A DNA stretch of 64,000 bases. Origin: Candidatus Gottesmanbacteria bacterium (lineage in GTDB: Bacteria > Patescibacteriota > Microgenomatia > UBA10105 > UBA927). The stretch covers positions 724,103 through 788,102 of the forward strand of contig OY970230.1 in the NCBI GenBank assembly GCA_963714095.1, written 5' to 3'. Positions within the stretch are counted from its first letter, which is position 1, and every line of letters starts with the position of its first letter. Of the stretch, positions 9,232 through 18,946 are shown one piece after another. The notes under the pieces are model-generated. The model did no database searches and had not been told where the DNA came from. It was given only the letters and a program-made list of their open reading frames with translations. The translations under genes were made by a program, and so were the position numbers.

Positions 9232-10940
9232 CATTTTCGTGCCTTGCAAAGTATTTTCAGCGTCTTGAGGCAACAGCGTCACGCATAGCGATGACGGAAA
9301 TTTTGGCACAGCTTTTCAAAAAAGCTCGACCTCAGGAAATCGGTGAAATTTGTTATCTCCTACAAGGGCGTACTGTTCCTCTCTACGAAGCCGTTGAATT
9401 CGGTGTTGCCGATAAATTTATGATCCGCGCAATAGCACTGGCGTATAACGTATCGGAAGACGCAGTCCGCAAAGCGTTCAAAAAATCCGGAGATTTGGGA
9501 ACCACCGCGGAATCGTTTCATAAAGGCGGCGGAACCCTGAGTGTGTCGGAGGTCTATCATATGCTCGATGCACTTGCGCGGGTGGCAGGAGCGGGATCAC
9601 AGGAGAAAAAAATCGGATTGCTTGCGGATTTATTGAGTCACGTGGACGTGGTATCCGCCCGTTATATCGCGCGGATTCCCCTGGATAAACTGCGCCTGGG
9701 ATTTTCGGATATGACAATTTTGGATGCTCTTTCCTGGATGGAAACGGGGGATAAGTCCCTTCGAGGGAGACTGGAAGCGGCATACAATGTCCGGCCGGAT
9801 ATCGGACTCTTGGCGATGGAAGTAAAAAAGGAAGGGCTCGCGGGACTCTCACATATCCATGTAAAAGTCGGGGCGCCGATATTGGCGTCGCTGTGTGCCC
9901 GGCTTCCCAATGCCGACGAGATGATTAAAAAAATGGGGGAGGTGGCCGTTGAGCCCAAATACGATGGGGTTCGGGTGCAAATCCATTTCAAGCGCAGTAC
10001 ATTTGTGTCGTCATTTTCGCGGAATCTTGAAAATACAACAGTTATGTTCCCGGAACTCAAAGATATCGAGAGTGAAATAACAGCTGATGAGGTTATTCTG
10101 GATAGTGAAGCCGTCGGCTACGACAAAAAAAATGACAGACTGATTTCATTTCAGGATACGGTCACGCGAAAACGGAAACACGCGGTCGCGCAGGCCTCTC
10201 AAACCATTCCGATAAAGTTTTTCGTTTTCGATATTCTTTACAAAAACGGGAAAGAATTGTTGCCGCTCCCGCTTTCCGAACGTCGAAAAATTCTCAGAGA
10301 AACACTGAAACAGAAAGAAAATGAGCGGCTCATGCTTTCACCGCAGATTGTGACACACGATGCGAATATGATCCGTCAGTACCACGATGAACAACTCAAA
10401 CGGGGCCTGGAGGGCGCAGTTATAAAAAAGTGGGACAGCGTCTACGAACCGGGCCGGGCCGGTTATCACTGGGTAAAATTTAAAGAAGAAGAGGGCAAAA
10501 CCGGGAAACTCACCGATACTATAGACGCCGTCATCATGGGATATTATCGCGGGGAGGGGAAACGAAGTAGTTTTGGGATCGGCGCGTTTTTGGTGGGTGT
10601 TGTGCGCGGTGACTCTATCGTTACGGTGACCAAAATCGGGACCGGTGTGTCAGACGAATTATGGAAAGAGATCCGTAAGCGCCTGAACGATATAAAAGTC
10701 GCTCATGCGCCGAAGGAGTATAAAGATGTCAATAAAATGCTCATTCCGGATGTCTGGGTAGCGCCCAAAATCGTTGTGGAGCTGGCCGGCGATGATCTAA
10801 CCCGTTCACCTACACACGGTGCCGGCATTGCAGTGCGGTTTCCCAGGCTCGTTCGCATCCGCGACGACAAATCTCCGCGGGACGCGACAACGGTCTCCGA
10901 GCTCACCAAAATGTACAAAAATCAGGGATCTAGAGTATAA
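9228..10940 (+). CDS. lig: ATP-dependent DNA ligase (archaeal/eukaryotic-type with N-terminal DNA-binding domain)
   Basis: EPKYDGVR, EGAVIK, WVKFK, RFPR motifs. Confidence 0.93.
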   Translation: MTFSCLAKYFQRLEATASRIAMTEILAQLFKKARPQEIGEICYLLQGRTVPLYEAVEFGVADKFMIRAIALAYNVSEDAVRKAFKKSGDLGTTAESFHKGGGTLSVSEVYHMLDALARVAGAGSQEKKIGLLADLLSHVDVVSARYIARIPLDKLRLGFSDMTILDALSWMETGDKSLRGRLEAAYNVRPDIGLLAMEVKKEGLAGLSHIHVKVGAPILASLCARLPNADEMIKKMGEVAVEPKYDGVRVQIHFKRSTFVSSFSRNLENTTVMFPELKDIESEITADEVILDSEAVGYDKKNDRLISFQDTVTRKRKHAVAQASQTIPIKFFVFDILYKNGKELLPLPLSERRKILRETLKQKENERLMLSPQIVTHDANMIRQYHDEQLKRGLEGAVIKKWDSVYEPGRAGYHWVKFKEEEGKTGKLTDTIDAVIMGYYRGEGKRSSFGIGAFLVGVVRGDSIVTVTKIGTGVSDELWKEIRKRLNDIKVAHAPKEYKDVNKMLIPDVWVAPKIVVELAGDDLTRSPTHGAGIAVRFPRLVRIRDDKSPRDATTVSELTKMYKNQGSRV

Positions 10941-10951
10941 TAAAGGCCACA

Positions 10952-11770
10952 ATGGCTATCCACTATTCCATTATTATCCCAACTTTAAACGAGGAAAAAT
11001 TTTTGCCGAAATTGCTGGAGTCACTCACTGCTCAGACGGACAAACATTTTGAGGTGATTGTTGTGGACGGGTCCTCTAAAGATAAAACAGTTGCGGTCGC
11101 TCAATCATTCGCCTCAAAACTGCCGAAATTACAGGTTATTATCAGTAAAAAAGCCAGTTTGCCGCTTCAGAGAAATATTGGAGCCAAAGTAGCAAAAGGG
11201 GAATGGCTCCTTTTTATTGACGCCGACGGCATACTGTTGCCCTATTTTCTAGAGCGGTGTACGACATACATCAGATCTGCGGAACCAAAGCTGTTTACCA
11301 CATGGTTCCGGCCGGATAGTGAAAATCCCAAAGATGCGGTCTATACACTGCTTGCAAATATTTATATTGAAGCAACTGTAATCTTTAAGAAGGCTCATGC
11401 CCCCGGACCACTGACAATCATCCATCGGAGCGCCTATACGAAAGTCGGCGGTTATGATGAGAGCCATGCCTTCCATGAAGACGTTGATTTTGGCATCCGG
11501 CTTTTCCGTGAAGGAATCCGTATGGAAATCCTTCGGGAATCGCTGTGTGTATGGTCGCTTCGCAGGTTTCGGAAAGAAGGAACAATTAAAGTGTTAAATC
11601 AATACATTGTGGGGATGCTGCCCGTGTTGTTTTTAAACACATCATTTAAACACATGCCCGGGTATGTTATGGGAGGACATCCCTATAAGAAACAAAAGAA
11701 TACTGCAAGAAAAACAATTAAAAAATTCGAACGAAGTTTCAAAAAACTCCTCAAAGAACTGTTTGAATAA
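10952..11770 (+). CDS. GT2 glycosyltransferase
   Basis: SIIIPTLNEE, VVDGSS, FIDAD, ED. Confidence 0.9.
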   Translation: MAIHYSIIIPTLNEEKFLPKLLESLTAQTDKHFEVIVVDGSSKDKTVAVAQSFASKLPKLQVIISKKASLPLQRNIGAKVAKGEWLLFIDADGILLPYFLERCTTYIRSAEPKLFTTWFRPDSENPKDAVYTLLANIYIEATVIFKKAHAPGPLTIIHRSAYTKVGGYDESHAFHEDVDFGIRLFREGIRMEILRESLCVWSLRRFRKEGTIKVLNQYIVGMLPVLFLNTSFKHMPGYVMGGHPYKKQKNTARKTIKKFERSFKKLLKELFE

Positions 11771-11788
11771 GTACGGTATAATGCCGGT

Positions 11789-13102
11789 ATGCAGATTATT
11801 GCTGACCTTCAACTTCATTCTAAATATTCGCGTGCGGTATCGCCCAATATGGTGCTCCCTGAGATTTGCGCGTGGACGCGCCGGAAGGGGATGGGCCTCG
11901 TTGCTACCGGCGACTGGACGCATCCGTTGTGGATGCGGGAAATTAAAGCAAACCTTGAAGAACTCGGTAACGGGCTGTTAAAACTGAAAACCGCGGGTAC
12001 CGACGATCCGTTATTTTTACTTGCAACCGAAGTATCCTGTATTTATTCCCAGGGAGGGCGTGGCAGACGCATTCATACGCTTATTTGGGTGCCGACACTT
12101 GTGTCCGCGGACAAAATCAACAAGGAGATGACGAAACAGGGTTGTAACCTCATGAGCGATGGCCGGCCGATTATCGGGCTCACCTCTATTCAGGTGGCGG
12201 AACTTGTGTTAACCATCGAGCCGCACGCGATGATCATTCCTGCGCACGCCTGGACGCCGTGGTTTTCCGTCTTTGGCAGCATGAGCGGATTTAATAGTTT
12301 GGAGGAAGCATACGGGCCGTATGCAAAAAATGTATATGCCGTTGAAACGGGATTATCAAGTAGCCCTGCAATGAACTGGCGTATTAAAGAGTTGGACTCC
12401 CGTTCCATCGTGTCTTTTTCCGATGCGCATTCCGGTCCGAAGCTTGGCCGGGAGTCAACCGTGTTTGACATTCCTGACGGGAAATTAAGCTATTCGGCAA
12501 TAGAAAACGCTATAAAACAAAAAGGACCGTCAAAAATAGCATACACGATAGAATTTTATCCGGAAGAAGGAAAATACCACTGGTCCGGTCACCGCGCGTG
12601 CAATATCCGCTGGGGCCCCAAGGATATAGAGAAAAAGGGAACCACGTGTCCGGTGTGCGGTAAGCATTTAACGCAGGGCGTGGAACAGCGCGTCGGCGAG
12701 CTTGCAGGACGAAGCGAAGAGTCATTACAGTTAGTAAAAAAGGGCATGATGACTTCAAGCCGCGCGTTTCCAAAAAGACCTCCGTTTGTTATGGTAGTTC
12801 CGCTGCAGGAAATTATTTCTGAATGTATCGGGTCGCCGGTTGCAAGCCCTAAAGTGCAAACGCCCTACCGTCAGCTGACGGACGCGTTAGACGGGGAATT
12901 TACCATTTTATTAAAAGCCTCACACGCGGATATCGCAAAGATTGCAGGGGAACGGGTGGCCGTTGGTGTAGATAAGGTGAGAAGCGGCGATATCGTCATT
13001 GATCCCGGCTATGACGGTGTCTTCGGTGTTGTGAAGCTTTGGCGGGAAGGTGAGGAAAAACCGTTAGTCGATGCTTCGCGCGAGCAGTTGTCGATATTTT
13101 AA
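11789..13102 (+). CDS. Endonuclease Q-like PHP/zinc-ribbon protein
   Basis: DLQLHSKYSRA, TGDWTHP, PAHAWTP, SDAHS, GKYH..HRAC..CPVCG, PGYDGVFG. Confidence 0.85.
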   Translation: MQIIADLQLHSKYSRAVSPNMVLPEICAWTRRKGMGLVATGDWTHPLWMREIKANLEELGNGLLKLKTAGTDDPLFLLATEVSCIYSQGGRGRRIHTLIWVPTLVSADKINKEMTKQGCNLMSDGRPIIGLTSIQVAELVLTIEPHAMIIPAHAWTPWFSVFGSMSGFNSLEEAYGPYAKNVYAVETGLSSSPAMNWRIKELDSRSIVSFSDAHSGPKLGRESTVFDIPDGKLSYSAIENAIKQKGPSKIAYTIEFYPEEGKYHWSGHRACNIRWGPKDIEKKGTTCPVCGKHLTQGVEQRVGELAGRSEESLQLVKKGMMTSSRAFPKRPPFVMVVPLQEIISECIGSPVASPKVQTPYRQLTDALDGEFTILLKASHADIAKIAGERVAVGVDKVRSGDIVIDPGYDGVFGVVKLWREGEEKPLVDASREQLSIF

Positions 13103-13190
13103 CCATTGACGCCGCGCATTGGCTCCGTTATCGTGGAGATAGTCGTAGTAAAGTAGTAGTGATGGTATTTTTGAGGGGAGGTGAATCGAA

Positions 13191-13517
13191 GTGGCAGCAA
13201 AAAGTAACGAAAATTTACTTGCAGCAGCGTCCTATTTATTGTGGTTCGTGACGGGAATCATTATTCTTCTTGTTGAAAAGCAGAATAAATTTGTCCGTTT
13301 TCATGCGATGCAGTCAACAATATTGTTTGGCGGCATATTTGTCATCAATATTTTTCTGGGATTCATCCCGATATTAGGATGGTTGGTAGGGCTACTCCTG
13401 TCTTTCGTCGCATTTATTCTCTGGATCGTTCTTATGTGGAAAGCATTCCAGGGGGAAACGTATAAGATTCCCTACGTCGGAGATCTTGCGGAAAAACAGT
13501 TGGCGAAAATGAAGTAA
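13191..13517 (+). CDS. DUF4870-like membrane protein
   Basis: FVRFHAMQS, YKIPYVG; strong SD GGAGGTG upstream of the GTG start. Confidence 0.8.
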   Translation: MAAKSNENLLAAASYLLWFVTGIIILLVEKQNKFVRFHAMQSTILFGGIFVINIFLGFIPILGWLVGLLLSFVAFILWIVLMWKAFQGETYKIPYVGDLAEKQLAKMK

Positions 13518-13522
13518 CAAGT

Positions 13523-14020
13523 GTGTTTACCAACCGCACTGAAGCCGGCAAGCGCCTGGCAAAAGAACTTGTTTCGTACCGCACGGCGGTAGATTTTGTC
13601 ATAGGCCTTGCGCGCGGAGGCGTTGTGGTTTCATCAGCTTTGTCAAACGCATTAGGTGTTGCGCAGGATGTTCTTGTAGTGAAAAAAATCGGAAGTCCGG
13701 GGAATCCGGAATTTGCCATAGGTGCGCGGGTTCCGGAGGGACAAACGCTCAATGTCCGGGATAAAACAATTATTCTTACGGATGACGGAGCGGCAACGGG
13801 CGCTACGATGGAAGTTGCTATCCGGTGGGCGAAAGAGCACGGCGCAAAAAAAATTATTGTGGCCTTGCCGGTTGCACCACCCGAGACGGCGGCAAAACTT
13901 CAGAAACTCACAGACGACGTTGTTATTTTGGAGACGCCTGGGGATTTTAGGGCTGTCGGACAGTATTACCGCGATTTTACGCAGATAACGGACAAAGACG
14001 TGGTACAATTACTTTCATGA
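13523..14020 (+). CDS. Phosphoribosyltransferase, shortened
   Basis: FTNRTEAG, LARGG, DDGAATGATM, AVGQYYRDF. Confidence 0.85.
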   Translation: MFTNRTEAGKRLAKELVSYRTAVDFVIGLARGGVVVSSALSNALGVAQDVLVVKKIGSPGNPEFAIGARVPEGQTLNVRDKTIILTDDGAATGATMEVAIRWAKEHGAKKIIVALPVAPPETAAKLQKLTDDVVILETPGDFRAVGQYYRDFTQITDKDVVQLLS

Positions 14021-14583
14021 AACTAATAGTCGGACTGGGAAATCCCGGTGGCCAGTATGCAAGTACCCGCCACAACATCGGGTTTATGGTTGTTGATAAA
14101 TTACTGCGTGAACTCGGCGCAGGTGTTCCGCCGGTATGGCAAAGAGATGAGAAGAAAAATGTGCTGACGGCAAGAATAGGCGAGGTATTATTGGTAAAAC
14201 CTCAGACTTTCATGAATAATTCAGGTTTTGCCGTGCGTGCACTCATGGATTTTTATAAACTCACGCCTGCGGATGTTTGGGTCATCCACGATGATATCGA
14301 TTTGCCGCTCGGCAAGATTAAAATCCGCGAGAAAGGCGGGAGCGCGGGACATCATGGGGTGGAATCTATTATTAATGAATTGGGTACGGATGTATTTATC
14401 CGATTTCGGTTGGGGATTGGAAGGGGATCGGAAGCGAACGACCGATCGGTGATTTCGTTTGTATTGTCGCGTTTCCGCCAGTCGGAGGCAGGTTCGTTTA
14501 AACACCTCATTAAACACGGAACTGAAGCAGTACAAATGGCACTTCTTAAGGGTATCGATGTGGCGATGAATAGGTTTAATTAG
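14017..14583 (+). CDS. pth: Peptidyl-tRNA hydrolase
   Basis: GLGNPG, TRHNIG, KPQTFMN, HDDID, GHHG. Confidence 0.95.
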   Translation: MKLIVGLGNPGGQYASTRHNIGFMVVDKLLRELGAGVPPVWQRDEKKNVLTARIGEVLLVKPQTFMNNSGFAVRALMDFYKLTPADVWVIHDDIDLPLGKIKIREKGGSAGHHGVESIINELGTDVFIRFRLGIGRGSEANDRSVISFVLSRFRQSEAGSFKHLIKHGTEAVQMALLKGIDVAMNRFN

Positions 14584-14585
14584 GT

Positions 14586-14864
14586 ATGGCAGACCAGACC
14601 ACAATTCCCGCGATTGCAGACATCCTCAAAAAATTTAATCCGCTGGAAGATAAGTATATTTCCCGCGAATTCCAATCCTACGGGATATATCTTGCCGAGA
14701 CATTGGGTGATTATAAGCATAAATCGCTGTATATACGCCTGGCAAAAACCGTGCCCCGTGCGGTTCTTGAAAAGGCACTCACGTTTACCAAAGATGCCAA
14801 TGCCAGAAGCCGCCCGCGTCTTTTTATGTGGAAAATGGGGGAGCTGCGGAAAGGGAAAGAATGA
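14586..14864 (+). CDS. Small basic hypothetical protein
   Basis: Tightly packed in the operon, with ATGA overlap with acyP. Confidence 0.7.
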   Translation: MADQTTIPAIADILKKFNPLEDKYISREFQSYGIYLAETLGDYKHKSLYIRLAKTVPRAVLEKALTFTKDANARSRPRLFMWKMGELRKGKE

Positions 14865-15133
14865 AACGCGTGCATTGTATTATCTCCGGAGATGTTGTTG
14901 GAGTCGGGTATCGCACGTGGGTACAGCATCAGGCAAAGTCATTGGGAGTAACCGGTTGGGTAAAAAACCGTGAAGATAATACCGTAGAATTTGTCGCAGA
15001 GGGCAATGAGTCAATTCTGGAAAAATTTATTGCTGATTGTAAGAAAGGCCCGGATGTTGCATGGGTCGAAGCCGTTTCAGCTTCGTGGCTTCCCGCAAGG
15101 CATGATTTTTTGGACTTTACCGTAGTATACTGA
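14861..15133 (+). CDS. acyP: Acylphosphatase
   Basis: GDVVGVGYR, GWVKNREDNTVE. Confidence 0.88.
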   Translation: MKRVHCIISGDVVGVGYRTWVQHQAKSLGVTGWVKNREDNTVEFVAEGNESILEKFIADCKKGPDVAWVEAVSASWLPARHDFLDFTVVY

Positions 15134-15137
15134 AGGT

Positions 15138-15599
15138 ATGCTTAAACAGATTTTTTCCCGTAAGCCGTTGTTTTTTCTTTTTGTTTCCCTGGGATATTTG
15201 ATAGGCATTGGGTTTATCAAATGGTTTATCCATCCGCCGTTCGGAGCGCTCTGGTTTATTATCGGCGGCGTTATCGGCGTGTATTTATTGGATGCGGCGG
15301 AACTATTTGTCGCTGTTAATCCTTCTCCATTCCGGAGCATTGTATTTTCAGGAGCATTTGTTCTCCTATCCTTTTTTATCGTGACCTCCTCAACCAGTAT
15401 GTTAGCTATCGGGCTGGTGTTATCTTTGTATTTAACTCTTCTCCTTTGGCAGCTTGGGCAGTGGCAGATAACAGGTAATCTCAATAGCTGGTATCGCATG
15501 GTAGAAGGCCCCGTCGCTCGTGCGCTTCAGCTGTGGGGGATGATTATTTTTGCTATTTTTTTTGTTGTAGAAACATTGTTATTCTTGCGCTTTTTATGA
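15138..15599 (+). CDS. Hypothetical multi-TM membrane protein
   Basis: About 5 hydrophobic segments. Confidence 0.7.
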   Translation: MLKQIFSRKPLFFLFVSLGYLIGIGFIKWFIHPPFGALWFIIGGVIGVYLLDAAELFVAVNPSPFRSIVFSGAFVLLSFFIVTSSTSMLAIGLVLSLYLTLLLWQLGQWQITGNLNSWYRMVEGPVARALQLWGMIIFAIFFVVETLLFLRFL

Positions 15600-16093
15600 T
15601 GGAAGAAACATCCCAGCTTTGGCAGTATTTAGCGCCGGATATGCGGGCGCTTGTCCGCGACGGGGAGTTTTTAGTAGAAGACAGTATCCGGCACACCCTG
15701 CCAGTCGCCAGCAGCGCGGCCCGCCCCACTGACTTTTCATACCTCGTATTTCCTTTTGCGAAGCTTTATGAGGGGTTTTTAAAAAAGCTATTTTTGGATA
15801 CGCAGATTATTTCTGAGCGTGATTTTCACAGTGACCATTTCCGTATCGGTAGAGTATTATCTCCCAACCTGGCACGGCGACTCGGCGCACGGAGTGCCTA
15901 TGCGCAGATCAGTGACCGGTACGGCGTAGAGCTCGCGGCACGGCTTTGGCATACCTGGAAAGAGGGGAGAAATATGGTTTTCCATTATTTCCCCCACAAC
16001 TTGCGGTCGCTTACCCGCACCCAGGCCATAGAATTGGTAAATCAATTAGTCGGCACTATGCATGAGGCGGTATTGATACTTGCACCGAAGTAA
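15596..16093 (+). CDS. HEPN-domain protein resembling the RnlA C-terminal domain
   Basis: DFSYLVFPFAKLYEGFLK and RNMVFH (Rx4H) motif. Confidence 0.6.
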   Translation: MMEETSQLWQYLAPDMRALVRDGEFLVEDSIRHTLPVASSAARPTDFSYLVFPFAKLYEGFLKKLFLDTQIISERDFHSDHFRIGRVLSPNLARRLGARSAYAQISDRYGVELAARLWHTWKEGRNMVFHYFPHNLRSLTRTQAIELVNQLVGTMHEAVLILAPK

Positions 16094-16115
16094 ACGGGTG
16101 GGGTATTGTAATAGT

Positions 16116-16778
16116 ATGGCAGCAAAAAAATCGGCGGTAAGTACACTCAGTCCGGTTTTCAGGTTGTGGGCGTGGATTCTCCTGGCATGGTGCCTGTACC
16201 GGTATTTTTTCAAACTACCCGAGTGGGCAGATGAGTTTATTTTTAAGCCGCTGGTATTCGTAGCACCGGTCATCTGGTACGTCCGCAAGAAAGAAAAACA
16301 GAGTCTGGCAACACTTGGGCTTACCTGGCATAATTTTTTTACCAGTGTCTATATCGGGCTCGGGTTTGGCGTGGTATTTGCTCTTGAGGGGTTGGCGACC
16401 CACATCATTAAATACGGGAAATTGGATGTCAACCCGACTGCTGTATTCCAGCAGTACGGATTTTTCCTCATTATTTTATCGTTGGCGACGGCGTTTACGG
16501 AAGAATTACTTTCCCGCGGATTTGTCTTTAACCGTTTGTACGAGAAAACGAAGAATTTAGCATACTCATCGGTCGTTTCATCCGTGATGTTTATGCTTTT
16601 GCATGTGCCGATTCTGGTTACCACGACCAAGTTGCAGGGGATAACGCTTATCCTCTTTTTGGTGACGGATTTGGTGCTTGGGCTGGCCAACAGCTTACTC
16701 TATTACAACACCGGGTCGCTCGTTGCCCCGATATTGGTCCACATCTTCTGGAACATGACCGTAGCTCTTTACCTCTGA
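16116..16778 (+). CDS. CPBP (CAAX/Abi) intramembrane glutamic protease
   Basis: EELLSRG, FMLLH, HIFWN motifs. Confidence 0.9.
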   Translation: MAAKKSAVSTLSPVFRLWAWILLAWCLYRYFFKLPEWADEFIFKPLVFVAPVIWYVRKKEKQSLATLGLTWHNFFTSVYIGLGFGVVFALEGLATHIIKYGKLDVNPTAVFQQYGFFLIILSLATAFTEELLSRGFVFNRLYEKTKNLAYSSVVSSVMFMLLHVPILVTTTKLQGITLILFLVTDLVLGLANSLLYYNTGSLVAPILVHIFWNMTVALYL

Positions 16779-16787
16779 CGAATTTAC

Positions 16788-16820
16788 GAAAAATCCCCCG
16801 CGGAGCGAGGGATGTTTCGG
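16788..16820. terminator. Hairpin terminator between convergent genes
   Basis: CGAAAAATCCC...GGGATGTTTCG. Confidence 0.5.
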
Positions 16821-16842
16821 TTAAACATGTACTTTTTCAATA

Positions 16843-17004
16843 TTATTGCACCATTTGCTGTACCGTCTGAAGCATCTGATTGGCGCCTACTGACTGGCCG
16901 ACATAAAATCCGACAAGTCCGGTAAAAATCGCTATGACCAATATGACGATGATACTCATAAAGTCGAGTGTATGTTTTTTCTGAGGTCGTGTTGACCGTG
17001 GCAT
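16843..17004 (-). CDS. Small single-TM protein (53 aa)
   Basis: SD GGGAGGTGA before the ATG at 17004; basic N-terminus then one TM. Confidence 0.65.
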   Translation of the reverse strand: MPRSTRPQKKHTLDFMSIIVILVIAIFTGLVGFYVGQSVGANQMLQTVQQMVQ

Positions 17005-17053
17005 AAGTATCACCTCCCTTTCAGACAGATTCACTTTTTATAGTACCATACTC

Positions 17054-17800
17054 TTATTGTGCAAGCCACCCTCCGTCGACGTACAGGGTGGCGCCTGTCG
17101 TATAGCTTGCTTCATCTGATGCAAGATAGACGACTGCAGCAGCAATTTCTTCCGGTTTACCGAGACGCTTGACGGATAAACGGTTAGCCAATGACGATAT
17201 ATCCGTGCCTTTTGTCATTTCCGTATCGATGCCTCCGGGACCGATAGCATTAACCAGAATATTATATTGTCCCAATTCTGCAGCCAGCGCCTCAGTCATT
17301 CCGATAACACCGCCCTTGCTTGCCGTATAATGGACGAGGTTTGCCATACCGATGCCTACTCCTCCGGACGCAATGGACGCTATATTAATAATACGACCCC
17401 ATTTGTTTTTTACCATTTTGCGGGCAGCGGATTGTGCGGCAAAAAAGTATCCTTTCAGATTTGTATCGATAATGAGATCCCACTTTTCTTCAGTCATGGT
17501 AAGAAAAGGGGAGTAGTCAAGTGCCCCGGCGTTATTAACGAGAATGTCAAGCCGTCCGAATGTCGTTACACATGCGGTGACTGCGGCGTCTACGTCTCCT
17601 CTCTTGGTTACGTCCATTGTGACAGCAAGAGCTTCCTTGCCCCGCGATTTAATTTCTGCGGCTACGGCGTCCAGCTTATCCGCGTGCCGTGCGCCGATAA
17701 CGACTTTAGCTCCTTGATTTGCCAGGGCGATTGCTGTTGCTTTTCCCATGCCGCTTGAAGCACCGGTGACCAAAGCTACTTTTCCCGTTAAATCAAACAT
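17054..17800 (-). CDS. Short-chain dehydrogenase/reductase (FabG-like)
   Basis: TGASSGMG, NNAG, YTASK; true start MFDLTGK at 17800. Confidence 0.92.
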   Translation of the reverse strand: MFDLTGKVALVTGASSGMGKATAIALANQGAKVVIGARHADKLDAVAAEIKSRGKEALAVTMDVTKRGDVDAAVTACVTTFGRLDILVNNAGALDYSPFLTMTEEKWDLIIDTNLKGYFFAAQSAARKMVKNKWGRIINIASIASGGVGIGMANLVHYTASKGGVIGMTEALAAELGQYNILVNAIGPGGIDTEMTKGTDISSLANRLSVKRLGKPEEIAAAVVYLASDEASYTTGATLYVDGGWLAQ

Positions 17801-17802
17801 AC

Positions 17803-18231
17803 TTATTCTCCCTTCCGTTCCAGCATATAACTTTTTACTGCTAAGATAAACAGGATAAACATATTGACTGTGGAGATTGCGCACCACATACAGACGCCCC
17901 GGATGACAAACAGTTCCGTATAGGTGAACCAGAGAGTGAAACATACGCCGAATATCGTCATTCCCAAAATTCCTTTTAATAGATTGATGTTTTTTGAAGT
18001 GCTGCGGATAAATGCGAGGATTGCGATAATCGAGTAACCCAAAAGTCCTACGGATGGTACCGGGATACCCCACAGATAGCTTGCCGGATTTTTACGAACG
18101 AGTTCACAGCCGGAGGATACGCAGACAATTCCGACTTTCCGCAAAAAACTCTGAGTGACGTAGGCGGCGATGAGAATTCCCGTGATGGCAAGGATGAAAA
18201 TAATCCGGTTCAGAAGAACGGTTTGTTTCAT
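17803..18231 (-). CDS. Vitamin K epoxide reductase family protein (DsbB analogue)
   Basis: C-x4-C..V loop cysteines, GIP, CMWC redox motif, 4 TM. Confidence 0.88.
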   Translation of the reverse strand: MKQTVLLNRIIFILAITGILIAAYVTQSFLRKVGIVCVSSGCELVRKNPASYLWGIPVPSVGLLGYSIIAILAFIRSTSKNINLLKGILGMTIFGVCFTLWFTYTELFVIRGVCMWCAISTVNMFILFILAVKSYMLERKGE

Positions 18232-18300
18232 ATGTTTACTATATCATACCATCTATGGAATACTAGAGAGATATACATATGTATATGAATAACTGCCCGT

Positions 18301-18946
18301 ATGGATCCTGATGTTATCAAAACACTCGAAATGTTTTTCGGTAGGTTTACGCGCCTGAAATACAAAAAGGGCGAAATCATTCTCCGGGCAGAGGATACAC
18401 CGCAAGGTGTATTTTTTTAAAAAAAGGTTATGTGCGCCAGTATATGGTGGGTTGGTCAGGAACGACACTTATGTTTCATATTTTTAAGCCGTATTCGTTT
18501 TTTCCGATGACGTGGGTAGTCAATAATGAGGAAAGTAAGTATTACCTGGATGCAATGACACCTGTTGAACTGTGGCGCGCGCCAAAAGACGCCGTGAAGA
18601 AATTTTTACGCGAACATCCTTCTGTCGTGTATGATCTGACGCGCAGGCTTCTTTTGGGGTGAGCGGGCTTCGGCGCCGGCTGGAATATTTGGTCATGGAT
18701 AGCGTATATAAAAAAACCATTCTTCTTCTCTCATATTTAGCCGGTAGCGTAGGGTAAAGAGAGGGGGTAAGCGTAGCCCTTCCCGTGCCGGTTACTCATC
18801 GGGAGATAGCTTCGTGGATCGGTACAACCCGGGAAACAGCAACGTTGCAGCTGGCACAACTCAAAAGACTTGGACTCATTTGCAGCCGCCGAAGACACCT
18901 CGTGATTCCCAGCCTTAGGAATCTGGAAAAGGAAATAGCACAGTAG
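18301..18946 (+). pseudogene. CRP/FNR family regulator, disrupted
   Basis: cNMP-domain start KYKKGEII..GVFF; frameshifts at ~18412-18420 (T run) and ~18656-18659 (G run); in-frame TAA at 18755; HTH THREIASWIGTTRETAT. Confidence 0.85.

Noticed and set aside
17801-18073. Long N-terminal extensions in the ORF track (SDR, cupredoxin 19127, copZ 23001, LysM 46059)
   Set aside because: They overlap real neighbouring genes; downstream starts match family N-termini
18655-18665. TGA read as Gly (genetic code 25) to rescue the CRP gene
   Set aside because: Homology continues in a different frame, and many intact genes end in TGA
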